From an uncultured Rhabdochlamydiaceae bacterium (GTDB lineage: Bacteria > Chlamydiota > Chlamydiia > Chlamydiales > Rhabdochlamydiaceae), in NCBI GenBank assembly GCA_963712275.1, contig CAVQHD010000001.1, forward strand, positions 288,001 through 352,000: a stretch of DNA of 64,000 nt, read 5' to 3'. The stretch's first letter is position 1, and every line of letters starts with the position of its first letter. The notes under the pieces are model-generated. The model did not search any database. It was not told the origin of the DNA and saw only the letters and a program-made list of their open reading frames with translations. A program made the translations under genes and the position numbers. Shown in pieces: positions 30,927 through 41,700 of this stretch.

Positions 30927-32354
30927 ATGACGGACGAAACGCCATTTTATGGAAGAAAAGAAGAGCTGGATCGGCTTGGCGGGTTGCTAAAGAAAAAGAC
31001 CTCAAGTCTGGTCGTCATCAAAGGAAGGTGGCGGATTGGAAAAAGCCGGCTTATTCTGGAATTCAGCAAGGGGTTGAAGGCCTTGGTTTTTACCGGCCTT
31101 CCTCCAACCAAAAGTACCACAGCACAAACACAGCGGGACTACTTTGTTCAGCAAATGGAGCGTCTGCTAGGTGTTAGGGGACTAAAGGCAGACGACTGGG
31201 GAGACATCTTTTGGCATCTGTCCCAAGAGACCCAATCTAAGCAAATTTTAGTCGTTTTAGACGAAATTAACTGGATGGGCTCTTTCGACGAGACCTTCCT
31301 TGGCAAGTTAAAATCAGCATGGGATTTGGAGTTTAAAAAAAATCCTAGGCTTTTGATGATTCTCAGCGGATCAATGTCCAGCTGGATAGATGAAAACATC
31401 CTAAGCAGCACAGGATTTCTAGGACGTATTTCGCTTGAACTGACACTTGATGAGCTTCCACTTCCTATCTGTAATCTGTTTTGGAGAAAAAAAGCGCCTT
31501 CCATTTCCTCTTATGATAAATTTAAGATTCTCTCTGTCACAGGCGGGGTTCCTCGGTATCTGGAAGAAATCGATCCAGACCTGCCAGCAGAAGATAATAT
31601 CTACAACTTGGCCTTTCGCAAGGGGGGGTTGCTCGTTGAAGAATTTGATCGAATTTTTTCCGACCTATTTTCCACACGGTTTCTGCGCTACAAACAGATT
31701 GTACAGCGACTCGTGGAAGGAAGCGCGACTCTCGAGCAGATTTGCCTGGCTATCAAACTGGAAAAAGGGGGAACAATCAGCGACTATCTTGAGGACCTCG
31801 TAGAGACGGGTTATATCTCTCGGGATCGTACGTGGAATATAAAAAGCGGTCTAGAATCTAATTTATGTCAATTTCGCCTTAGAGACAACTATCTCCGTTT
31901 TTATCTTAAATACATTGAGCCCAGACGTACTCAGATTGAAAAGAATCGTATCGCGATTCCTCCGGCATGGACAACGGTGATGGGCATTCAATTTGAAAAT
32001 TTGGTGCTCAATAATTGCCATCGCGTATATCAGCTTCTTGGCTTGGATCCGAGTGAGGTGATTTATGATAATCCTTATTTTCAACGGTTAACAAAAGCAC
32101 ATCCAGGATGTCAGATTGATTATTTGATTCAAACCAAGTTTAATACTCTTTACGTCTGCGAAATCAAATTTTCAAAACAACCAATTGGGCTCTCTGTGGT
32201 CAAAGAGATTCAACAAAAAATAGATCGTATTGCAAAATCAAAAAACTTTTCCATTCGCCCTGTTCTTATCCACGTGAATGGAGTTACAGATGCTGTTATA
32301 GAAAGTGACTTTTTTGCGGAAATAATTGACTTTGGTCAGCTTTTAATCTATTGA
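30927..32354 (+). CDS. AAA+ ATPase with wHTH and C-terminal PD-(D/E)xK-like domain (DUF234/DUF4143 type)
   Basis: FYGRKEEL, GRWRIGKS, VVLDEI, TGGVPRYL, QIDYLI...VCEIK. Confidence 0.85.
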   Translation: MTDETPFYGRKEELDRLGGLLKKKTSSLVVIKGRWRIGKSRLILEFSKGLKALVFTGLPPTKSTTAQTQRDYFVQQMERLLGVRGLKADDWGDIFWHLSQETQSKQILVVLDEINWMGSFDETFLGKLKSAWDLEFKKNPRLLMILSGSMSSWIDENILSSTGFLGRISLELTLDELPLPICNLFWRKKAPSISSYDKFKILSVTGGVPRYLEEIDPDLPAEDNIYNLAFRKGGLLVEEFDRIFSDLFSTRFLRYKQIVQRLVEGSATLEQICLAIKLEKGGTISDYLEDLVETGYISRDRTWNIKSGLESNLCQFRLRDNYLRFYLKYIEPRRTQIEKNRIAIPPAWTTVMGIQFENLVLNNCHRVYQLLGLDPSEVIYDNPYFQRLTKAHPGCQIDYLIQTKFNTLYVCEIKFSKQPIGLSVVKEIQQKIDRIAKSKNFSIRPVLIHVNGVTDAVIESDFFAEIIDFGQLLIY

Positions 32355-33586
32355 TGCATGACCACTTTTTTTTGATCGGGCCCTATATAGGATGCTCGAT
32401 CGAGGTCTTGCCGATATTTGGGAGATACTAAAAGTTCGTGGTCTGGAGGTAAAAGGCTTTGTAGTTTCTCGAGAGGTGCATTGTACGCGTCACGTAACTT
32501 CTGGCAGGAATCGGTGCCATTATAGAAACGCTGGGTATGTTTTCTATGAATGATTGAAGGGGCTGTTGATTGAAAATATGGATCCTCAAATTTTACAACT
32601 TGATTTCCTTCTAGGGCTTTTAACAGCTTCTCGGGTGGAATTTTTCCATTTTCATCCATCAGGTCTTTATACTGAATTATTTTGCTTGGAGGAGAAATAT
32701 TTGAGTCAAATGCACGTTTACCATTGTATGCCATAAGTTTTATTCCTTCGACACGAGCATTTTGCCGAATCGTATGGTAGGCTTTTGAAAGATTGTCCAA
32801 TATTAGCAGAACATAACACCTTTCACCATCGAGCAAAAGCTCTCCAACCTCCTGAGGGCTGAGTTTATGTGCTCGACTGAATTCACTCAGCTGCTCTAAG
32901 CCATCGGAGGCATGCTGCGACAAGCTTTCTAAGACTCCGACGGCATACTTGATGCAAGCTTCATCATATTCACTTTTCTTAGTTATGATTTTTTGCATCA
33001 GTCCTTCATAAAGAGAAGTCGTATCTGGAACGGCAGAACCATTCAAAGGCTTTTTCAGTTCAAGCTTGGGTTTCTGGGTAGATGCAGTTGATATAGGGGT
33101 AGTAGTAGAAGAGGTAGGCTCTTTTACCTTCTGTTCCTGAGTCACAGGCGGCTGTGCTGTTAGAATTTGTCCAGAAGAGCTTACAATATCACCTCCAAGC
33201 TGGTGGGACTGTTCAACTTGATTCTCTTTTACGCCCGTACCAGCTATGGAGGCAGTGGCAGAAAGAGCAGGCTTTTCTACTTTCTGCCTCTGATGCACAG
33301 ATTGTTCTGCTGAAATTTGCCCAGGACTTTCAGCATTGTTGCCAGGCCGGGACTCTTTAACTGGGTTCTTCTCCGTGCCCGCACCAGTTTTGTCAAAGGC
33401 TTCGCCATTTTTGTCATTACGCCCTCCAAAAAACCGTGTAGCCACATAGTAAAACACCCCTCCGACAACCAAGAGAATGATAGGAATAGCAAGATAGTTC
33501 ACCCTGGTCGACAGGGAGAAGCTGCCGTAAAAGGCATTGGTTGCAATAGGCTGGGCAAAAGAATGAGGCACAATGGGTCTTGTCAT
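32348..33586 (-). CDS. Hypothetical membrane-anchored protein, paralog of 29366..30559
   Basis: Near-identical N-terminus (QPIATNAFYGSF...LAIPIILLVVGGVFYYVATRFF) and shared NLS.AYH.IRQ.ARVE, LPPDH, Y.GPD motifs. Confidence 0.8.
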   Translation of the reverse strand: MTRPIVPHSFAQPIATNAFYGSFSLSTRVNYLAIPIILLVVGGVFYYVATRFFGGRNDKNGEAFDKTGAGTEKNPVKESRPGNNAESPGQISAEQSVHQRQKVEKPALSATASIAGTGVKENQVEQSHQLGGDIVSSSGQILTAQPPVTQEQKVKEPTSSTTTPISTASTQKPKLELKKPLNGSAVPDTTSLYEGLMQKIITKKSEYDEACIKYAVGVLESLSQHASDGLEQLSEFSRAHKLSPQEVGELLLDGERCYVLLILDNLSKAYHTIRQNARVEGIKLMAYNGKRAFDSNISPPSKIIQYKDLMDENGKIPPEKLLKALEGNQVVKFEDPYFQSTAPSIIHRKHTQRFYNGTDSCQKLRDAYNAPLEKLQSLLPPDHELLVSPKYRQDLDRASYIGPDQKKVVMHQ

Positions 33587-33695
33587 ATTTCCCTATAAAA
33601 GTTAGCTATAGGATGCCACAAAACGTATTAAATTAGTACTATTTTCCCCTGAACTGCACTAAGGACTCCGGGATTCCTATGAACCTATCCGTTTT

Positions 33696-34976
33696 TCAAG
33701 TTGTTTGAGTATATCCAAGGTTATTTTGAAAAATGTAAGGAAAAAAGCAGCTCTCTTTATACTTAAAGAAAGCCCATTTTGCATTCAGCAGCTCAAGACA
33801 TGCGTCTAAACTTTCGCCAGAATAAATTTCTGCGCTATTGTCATATAGAACGTATCTGTTTGTTGGATTATCAATTTCTAATAGAACAGCATGATTCGCT
33901 GCTGTTTTATTAGAATCTGTTAAAGAGTCCTCAGAGGAACCTGCAATGATAAAAAAACCTGAAAAATCTGCTTGGCCAATTTCTGGACATTCTTTAATTA
34001 AACCTGATTTTTGAAGCGTTTCATCGCATAAAAAGAAAGGTTTTTTATTTTTAACATTGCTGTTTTTAGGATAAATTAAATGCGGATATGAGTGAAGGGG
34101 ATTAAAACTGTCTAGACAGAAGGTTCCTTTGTCGACAGCGTAAGTTCGATGGATTCCAAAATCATCATCATATAAAGCGCACCATGAGATGAATTCTTTG
34201 CCAGTTGTTGGTTTTAACTCCTCAAATATCTTCTCTTTCAATATCCAGTCAAAAGGAAGGTTCTGGTCGATGACGTAGGAACATAACTTCTCAAATTCCT
34301 CATCTGAAAACTCCGCAACTTCTTGAAAACTCAACCCATAGGTTTTTAGGCATTCTATATGCCGTCTATAACAAAAATATGAAGCCCGCTTTCCTAAGAT
34401 ATTTTTTTCTTCCGTCGTTAATTGTAAAGGTATTCCGTCTGCTGAACCATGCCAAGTTTTATCAATTCTTTTACGAATTTCCTTACTGACTGCTTGCATG
34501 AACTGAAAACCCATTGCTCTCTTTGGAAATTTATCCCCACACTCAATCATTTGCAGCTCAGCCGCGCTCAAAATCTTACCTCGACGAATAATTTCTTTCC
34601 CAAGCGCGCAGCAATTTCCGAAACAAGACCCTTCTACTTTTTTCAAAGGGGTTCTCTTAAAAATCTCCTCTTTTTGACTCAGATAAACCTGATCCCAACT
34701 ATTACTAGTCTTCGGATTAACAATTTTATCAAAACATTTCTTTACAACCTTAAGAGCGCCTTCGTAATCGTTTGGATGTGTCTTATAGCAAAAGTGCCCT
34801 CGTGTTTTTAATAATCTTGCTGAATGACGGGAGAAAATAAGCCATCCTATTACAAGCTGCGTGATCCCAATGAAGGCAAGAACCATCACCTCTTTGCCCC
34901 TGAATAATGAGCAAACAGTATTAAAATAATTTTTAAATGAAGGACACAAAAAATGCAGAGATTTAATATCTGTCAT
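33696..34976 (-). CDS. Hypothetical protein with a YopT/C58-like Cys-His-Asp motif arrangement
   Basis: EGSCFG ... NHAVLL ... YVLYDN; N-terminal TM segment. Confidence 0.65.
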   Translation of the reverse strand: MTDIKSLHFLCPSFKNYFNTVCSLFRGKEVMVLAFIGITQLVIGWLIFSRHSARLLKTRGHFCYKTHPNDYEGALKVVKKCFDKIVNPKTSNSWDQVYLSQKEEIFKRTPLKKVEGSCFGNCCALGKEIIRRGKILSAAELQMIECGDKFPKRAMGFQFMQAVSKEIRKRIDKTWHGSADGIPLQLTTEEKNILGKRASYFCYRRHIECLKTYGLSFQEVAEFSDEEFEKLCSYVIDQNLPFDWILKEKIFEELKPTTGKEFISWCALYDDDFGIHRTYAVDKGTFCLDSFNPLHSYPHLIYPKNSNVKNKKPFFLCDETLQKSGLIKECPEIGQADFSGFFIIAGSSEDSLTDSNKTAANHAVLLEIDNPTNRYVLYDNSAEIYSGESLDACLELLNAKWAFFKYKESCFFPYIFQNNLGYTQTT

Positions 34977-35097
34977 TAACTTCTCTAATCCTCAATTAGT
35001 TAAAGAAAAACAATTTTAACATAAAAACATGTTTTTTTACAACAAATTGCCAATTGCTAAAAATATTTTTATGCACAAAAGGGATAGGGAATGAGAT

Positions 35098-35143
35098 CTC
35101 CTCATGGAACTGCGTTTTCTTAATTCCATGAGGAGCTTTTTTT
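35098..35143. terminator. Intrinsic-terminator-like hairpin, single family D unit
   Basis: CTCCTCATGGAA...TTCCATGAGGAG followed by a T-run. Confidence 0.65.
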
Positions 35144-35151
35144 AACCTATA

Positions 35152-35667
35152 TTAAAAGCAGATACCGTAGGAAACCGTCACAAGGGGATATTTCCCAATA
35201 TGCCGTCCTGAAGATGCGGTAAGAGGGACTATGGGCCATTCAATCTTTGCTTGGAAAAACCGTGTATCTCCTGCTTCATTGGTATATTGCTTACCAAAAA
35301 TAAACTGGGGAGCTGTATACGCCACTGGTCGGTAACGAGAAAACACTTCTGTGATTCCAATCCCTCCACCGACATAGAACTGGGAGGCAAGGTTTGGCTT
35401 AAAATAGTGAAGATAAGCGATATTCTCTTGAACACCGGTGATTGAACCCAAGGTCATCAGATCCAAAGAGAGATCTAATCCATTATGTCCGCTTTGCATT
35501 CTCCACCCTCCGCTAAAGATAGGAAGAGGAATCGGGGCTGGGTCCAGTCCAAGTCCAAGGTAACCATAAGAGGATCGAATGTTTTCTGGTTCTGTGACTG
35601 TCTCAGTCTTTGCATCTGCAAAAGCACTGATCGAAGCCAACATCATTAAAATGATAATTTTTTTCAT
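35152..35667 (-). CDS. Exported small beta-barrel-like protein
   Basis: MKKIIILMMLASISAFA signal peptide; alternating aromatic beta-strands; C-terminal YGICF. Confidence 0.7.
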   Translation of the reverse strand: MKKIIILMMLASISAFADAKTETVTEPENIRSSYGYLGLGLDPAPIPLPIFSGGWRMQSGHNGLDLSLDLMTLGSITGVQENIAYLHYFKPNLASQFYVGGGIGITEVFSRYRPVAYTAPQFIFGKQYTNEAGDTRFFQAKIEWPIVPLTASSGRHIGKYPLVTVSYGICF

Positions 35668-35776
35668 ATTTTCATCCTTTTTCAATTGAATTACAGACAC
35701 AATCGTTGAATTGTAAGGACGACTGAAATTAAAATGAATTAAAAAATAATATAATGCTGTGAATTAAAAATCTAAT

Positions 35777-38700
35777 CTACCTGTAATAGACAGCGGTTTC
35801 TTTGCGAAGATAGGTGTCATCGAAGAAATACGACTTGAAGAAATAGTCACTTGCGAGATTGAAATAAGAAGAATCCATCCCTGGAACCGCAAAGGGAAAG
35901 GAAGGAATAATGACAACGACGGGTGGAGCGGGAGGAATTGGGGCCGGGGCGCAATCTTGAAGAACGACTCCGTTAAAGATGAGGGTGCAAGGAGGGTTGG
36001 AGGGAATGGGGTGAACTGTATTGTCGATGGAGGTTCCATCAAAATCGGCAAGGCTTCTAGAGCTTCCACCGGCTCCTGCAAAAATCTGGTTGGAGCTATT
36101 CACTAAAATAGGACTTGTCAAAGATCCGACATTTCCACCGAGAGCATTAAAATTGGAGGTGTTGACAGACGTAATAAGAACAGGAGCCCCTGTGTTCGAA
36201 ATCGCGCCTAGAGAGACAATATTAACGTTGACGGGATCAATGGGCGCTGAAAAAGTGACCTGTCCTGCGTTGACAAAGAAGTTGTTAATCGTTCCAAGCG
36301 AATGAATGGCGCTTAGAGCAGCAAGGCCTGTCCCCGTATTGATCATGATATTTTCAAAGCTTGTTCCAACGATACTGACAAAAGAAAATGTTCCATTATT
36401 TGTGATGACGTTTAGGTCATTGCTCATCGATAAGATAGCCATTCCACTCGTAAATGCAATAGGGGTTCCAAAAGAGGTGAGATTGGTCTGGGCACCGGCA
36501 TTGAAATTGATGTCGCTGCCGGCTGAGTAGGCCTGTGTATTGGCGGTATAGACGGTATTGGCGAGGTTGATATTGTTGGAGGCGTTCAAGGTGAGAGCCC
36601 CGGTGACTCCAGCTGTAGCTGTGCCGACTCCATTTAAGTTGATATCGTGAGCTGATGTGACGGTGAAGTTTACAAGGGGGGTAGCATCGCCGATAACTTG
36701 ATTGATTGTGACATCGCCTGCTTGTGCATCGAGAGTTAGATTAAAGCTGCCTTCGATCTCTTCGATGGTGATATCTGCCCCTGTGCTTCCTGCAGAAATC
36801 GCAAGATTGCCGGTGAGGTCGTAACGGGCCTGAAATTGAATGGGCTGGTTATTGGTTGTGAGGGATCCTCCTCCTGTGACATGTCCTGTTCCATTCTGAA
36901 GAAAGGGGCCATCGATGGAGAGGACTGCATTCGAGGCAAAGGTGAGGAGACCGGAATTTGTGGCGGTGAAGGGGCCTCCTCCCGTTGTGGTCTCATTTCC
37001 ATTTAACGTAAAGGCGGCTCCTGAAAGGGTGATTCCTGAGGGGCCGCTGGTGGTGAGGTTGCCACTGACGGTTGCTGCCATGGAAACCCCTGAGAGGAGA
37101 ATGCTAGTTGCTGTGATGGACTGTGAGGTAAAAATTTTTTCATTGGTGACTTGGAAGGCTCCGAGGGGTCCGACATTTTGGGCAAAGGTGATGTCTCCTA
37201 GGCCTGCTTGCAGATTCAAATTTTGCAGGCCGGTGATTGTATTTAAGAATGTGATATTTGTGGCGGCTCCACTGGTGCTGAGGTTAACGGTATTGCAGAG
37301 GGTGACAGGTCCTGTGAAAAGAATGGCGGCTCCAGATGTTGTGATCGTATCGCAAAGGGAAACGGCGCCTATGCCAAGTTGCGAGAAAGAACCTGTGAGG
37401 CTCATTGGAGCAGCAGCAGATAGCGTGAGAAGACCGGTATTTGTCACTTGCACGGGGCCGCTGCCGAGGGTGCTGACGGATGCATCAAATGTAAACTGAC
37501 TGCCGGTCAGATTAATTCCATTCATATTGGTTGTGGCAAGAGCTCCGTTAAATGTAGTAAGCCCGCTCCCTGCGACTTGGGTGATAAACCCTGCAGAGAT
37601 TGCTTGTGCTGAGACGTTATTTGCGCTACTGATGGTTATGGAATTAATCGGGGTGATACCTCCAACGGCTGCTAAGAAGGTGATATTTCCGGTTCCGGCA
37701 ATCAAGTTTAGAGTTTGATTTCCATCCACTGTATTAGAAATCAAGATATCACCTCCACCATCGCTATTGAGGGTGGTTGTTTGAGTTAGGGTGATTGGGT
37801 TTGCAAAGGAGATATTGGAATTACTTGCATGGAGAGTCCCTGCTAAAGAAATGATGCCGCTGCCAGTCTCTGTAAAGGGGCCGGAGAGGAGCGTTGAGGA
37901 GCCAAACGTGAGGGAGGAGAGTGCGGTGTGATGGATTAAAAAAGGTCCGCTGGCAGTTGTGATCACAGATCCATTCAAAGCAAAGGTGGTTCCTGTCAAG
38001 TTGATACCACTGGCGCCGCTCGTGTTCAGATTTCCGGTTAAAGTTGTTGTCCCTGTTCCTGCCATTTGCACAATGCTTGCCGCTTTGATGCCTGCGGCCG
38101 TTACATTGCGAGCAGTTGTGATTTGAAGTGCTCCTAGAGGCATTACCGACCCAGCATTACCGCTGAAGGTGATATCATTTGTTCCGGTTGCAAGGGTTAG
38201 GTTTCCAGGACCATCGACAGTGTTTAAGAATGTGATGGGCTCGCTTGCGACATGAGTATCTAGAGAGGCGGTGCCCGAGGTCAAAACGGGAGCTGAAAAT
38301 GTGACAACTCCTCCTGCCGTGATGCTACTAGAAAGCTGGACGGTGCCTGCCCCATTTTGCGTTAAGGCCCCGCTAATGGAGCCCACTGCCGCTGCATTAA
38401 ATGTTGCAAGGCCGCTATTGGTGAGAACGAGAGGACCGCTCGATGTTGTCACTGTGTTATTAAAGGTAAATGCTGTTCCCTGCAAGGTGATGCCGGTTGC
38501 ACCACTGGCAAGAAGAGCGCCGTTAAAAGTTGTTGTCCCTGTTCCCATATTTTGGGTGATGGATCCAGCAATAATTCCCTGAGTTGAGATGTTGCCTGCT
38601 TTATCAAGAACAAGAGAAGTAAGTGGGGTTATCCCTCCTACATTTCCTCCTAAGGTAATCGTTCCGGCGTCTGCATGAATCGTTAATGAGTGAGCCCCTT

Positions 38701-41700
38701 GAATTGTCGCTGTAAAAGTAATGTTGCCATTAATGGGTCCGGAATGGACAGCAACATCGGCTGTCAAAGTCACAGGGTTTGCAAAAGAAATGGTGTTGTT
38801 TGTCGTTGCAACCGCCGCTCCAAGATTGACGCTGCCACCACCGCTTTGAGTGTAGGATCCACTGGCTGTCGTCGCGCCGGCAATTGTTAAAGTCCCTGTA
38901 TTTATTAAGAGAACAGGTCCTCCACCTGTTGTCGTAATGGAACCCATTTGGTTGATGACTCCACCCATGATCGATACTCCAGATGCTCCCGTTGTGCTCA
39001 AGGGGCCTGTAATCGTCGTTGTCCCTGTGCTAGCTGCTTGCACAATGGAGGAGGCATTGACAATTGGATAGGTGATGTTTTGGACAGTATTAACGACGAG
39101 ATTTCCTAGAGGCGTTGTCGCCCCAAGATTTCCACCGAAGATAATATTTCCAGTTCCTGCGGTTAAACTCAGTGTTTGCCCCCCGTCAACAGTATTCGAT
39201 AGGGTAATTGTTCCTGCCCCGGGTCCTGATGAGAGCACCGTGCTGCCTGCTAGCGTGATGGCATTTGCAAAGGAAATGTTCTGATTGCTGGTCGCTATTG
39301 TTCCTGCAAGGGAGACAGCTCCTCCTCCACTTTGGGTGAAACTGCCGCCAATCATTGTGCCATTTCCTAAAGTCAGAGAAAGAGGACCTGTATTTGTAAG
39401 AGAGAAAGGACCTCCATTTGTCGTTGTGACTGTATCATTAATATTAAAATTAGTTCCGACTAAGTTAATACCTAAAACTCCACTTGTTGCTAAGTTGCCC
39501 GTGATTGTTGTCATCCCTGTGCCAGCAACTTGTGAAATCGAAGACGCCGAGATAGCCCCAGCGGTCACATTTTTTGCATTAGAAATGACGAGAGCTCCAA
39601 TGGGAGTTGTTCCAACGGATCCACTGAATAAAATATTTCCTCCTCCTGCATTTAACGTCAAATTATGAGCCGTGACTAAGTCATTGGTTAAAGTGCTTGA
39701 AAAAGTGATATTTTGAGAATTGGAAGAGGCATCTAAGGCTGTTGTCCCTGAAAGAGTAACACCCCGAGCAAACGAGATAGCCCCGCCTGTTGTGATGGTT
39801 CCAGCGATCGTACTCGATCCCGTCCCATTTTGCGTCCACGCACCTGCAATCGAATAGGTTGCGCTGCTAACAGTCAGAGCGCCGCTATTGGTAATGATCA
39901 CAGGGCCGCCGTTTGTTGTTGTCACATTATTATCAAAGGTGAAGGCGCTGCCCGTTAACTGAATACCGCCAACATCAATCGTGCTCAAGGTTCCATCGAA
40001 TGTTGTGAGAGCTGTCCCGGCAAATTGGGTGAGCGTATGAGCAAAAATGGAGGATGATGCTGTGACATTTCTTGCGCTTATAATCTGCAGATCGTGAACA
40101 GGTGTTGCGAGTAGGCCAACGCCGCCGCCAAACGTGATATCACCGCTTCCTGCTGTAAGGACGATGCTCGACGTCCCCTGAATAGTACTTGCAAATGAGA
40201 TGTCTCCTCCAGTTGCAACCATTGAACTCAGCGTCATATTGCCGCTTAAAGTGACAGGCCCTGTGAATTCAATAGCCGCATCATCAGTGGCAATAGTTCC
40301 ACTGATTGACACCGATCCTGCCCCTGTTTGCTGAAATGAGCCGGAGATACCGAAGCTAGCCCCCGGTGTGACAGTGAGAGCTCCTGAGTTATCGAGCACA
40401 ACCCCCCCACCGCTTGCCGTTGTGATCGATCCTGCCAAGTTAATGGTGGGTGTTGTAATGGCAATCCCGCCAACTGCAGTTGATGTGATGCCGGATTGAA
40501 GCGTGGTTGTTCCAGTTCCATTGGTAACGGAAAATGCTCCCACATCGATCGTGCTATTCACCATCACATCGATCGCTGCATTGACGCTGAGCGAGGCCAA
40601 AGGCGCCACCGATCCGATGGGAGCATTAAAAATGACAGAGCCTGGACAAGTGCTGAAATCGAATGATAAGGTGTCGACTCCTGCTGTATTGGCATCGACT
40701 GTATCGTTAAAGGTAATTGTTCCAGAAGTGCCGCACGTATATTGAATATTCCCTTGAAAAATGACAGGACTATTATACGTAAGATTCGTAATGGTCTGAT
40801 TTGAAGAGATTGTCACAGGGGTTGAAGAATTGACATTCAAGCTCGCCGCAAACACATTTGTTCCTAGAACCGGGGTGGGAGTGAAGTGATTTGACGTCAA
40901 TGTGACATCATTCAAATCTTGTCCAAGCGCTCCGATTTGCATAAAGTTGTAAGCGCCCACGCCCGCATTGACTGTGAAATTGAACCCGGTACCCAGAAGA
41001 TCTCCCATTGTGATAGTGGCGCCACTACTATTCAGAGTGAGATCATTGTTTAACTGGATCGTTCCGCTTGCGAAAGTGATAGGCGATGCATTTGAAGAAA
41101 CCGATGTAGCCACTCCGGCAGTAAAATTAAAATTTGATAAAGCTCCAGCTGTATAGGTCTGATTGCTGCCGTTATAAGAAGTTCCTGTAAAGTTGATATT
41201 TGCTGTGGCTGTCACGGATGTCGTGCCGGTGACTCCCGTTCCAGGAGAGCCGAGGTTTCCCCATGTGATATTATCTGCTCCTAAGGTGAGATTGTTGAAG
41301 GGGGTGCCACTTCCAGTTGAGCCGCTGAGGGTAATATTACCCGTTGTCGTTTCCAGAGTGAGATTTTGACCCGCCGTACTCCCATTGACTGTTCCCGAGA
41401 CTGAGATATTGCCTGCTCCTCCACCTGTTGAAATCTCAAGAGAGGTTTGCGTCACAAGATTTCCTGTAAAGGTAATATCGCTTCCATTTGTCGTGATGTT
41501 GCCCCCTACAAAACTACCAACCGTTGTTGTCTCATTCACAGCGCCTGTTGATTGGAGAGAGCTTGTTTGAAAAATTTGTGCTCCTGTTGCAGTTAAGCAG
41601 CCCAAAGGAGTGATAGCTCCAACTGGAGCCTCGAACTGTACATTTCCTGTCCCAGCGTCTGTGGTCAGACATGCAGGGCCATTGACAGTATTCATGAAAA

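Noticed and set aside
31020..31046. Walker A GRWRIGKS as evidence of an inactive ATPase
   Set aside because: The GKS core is retained, so inactivation cannot be inferred.
29366..33586. Paralog pair as diversity-generating retroelement template/variable repeats
   Set aside because: No reverse transcriptase in the window and the differences are not adenine-specific.
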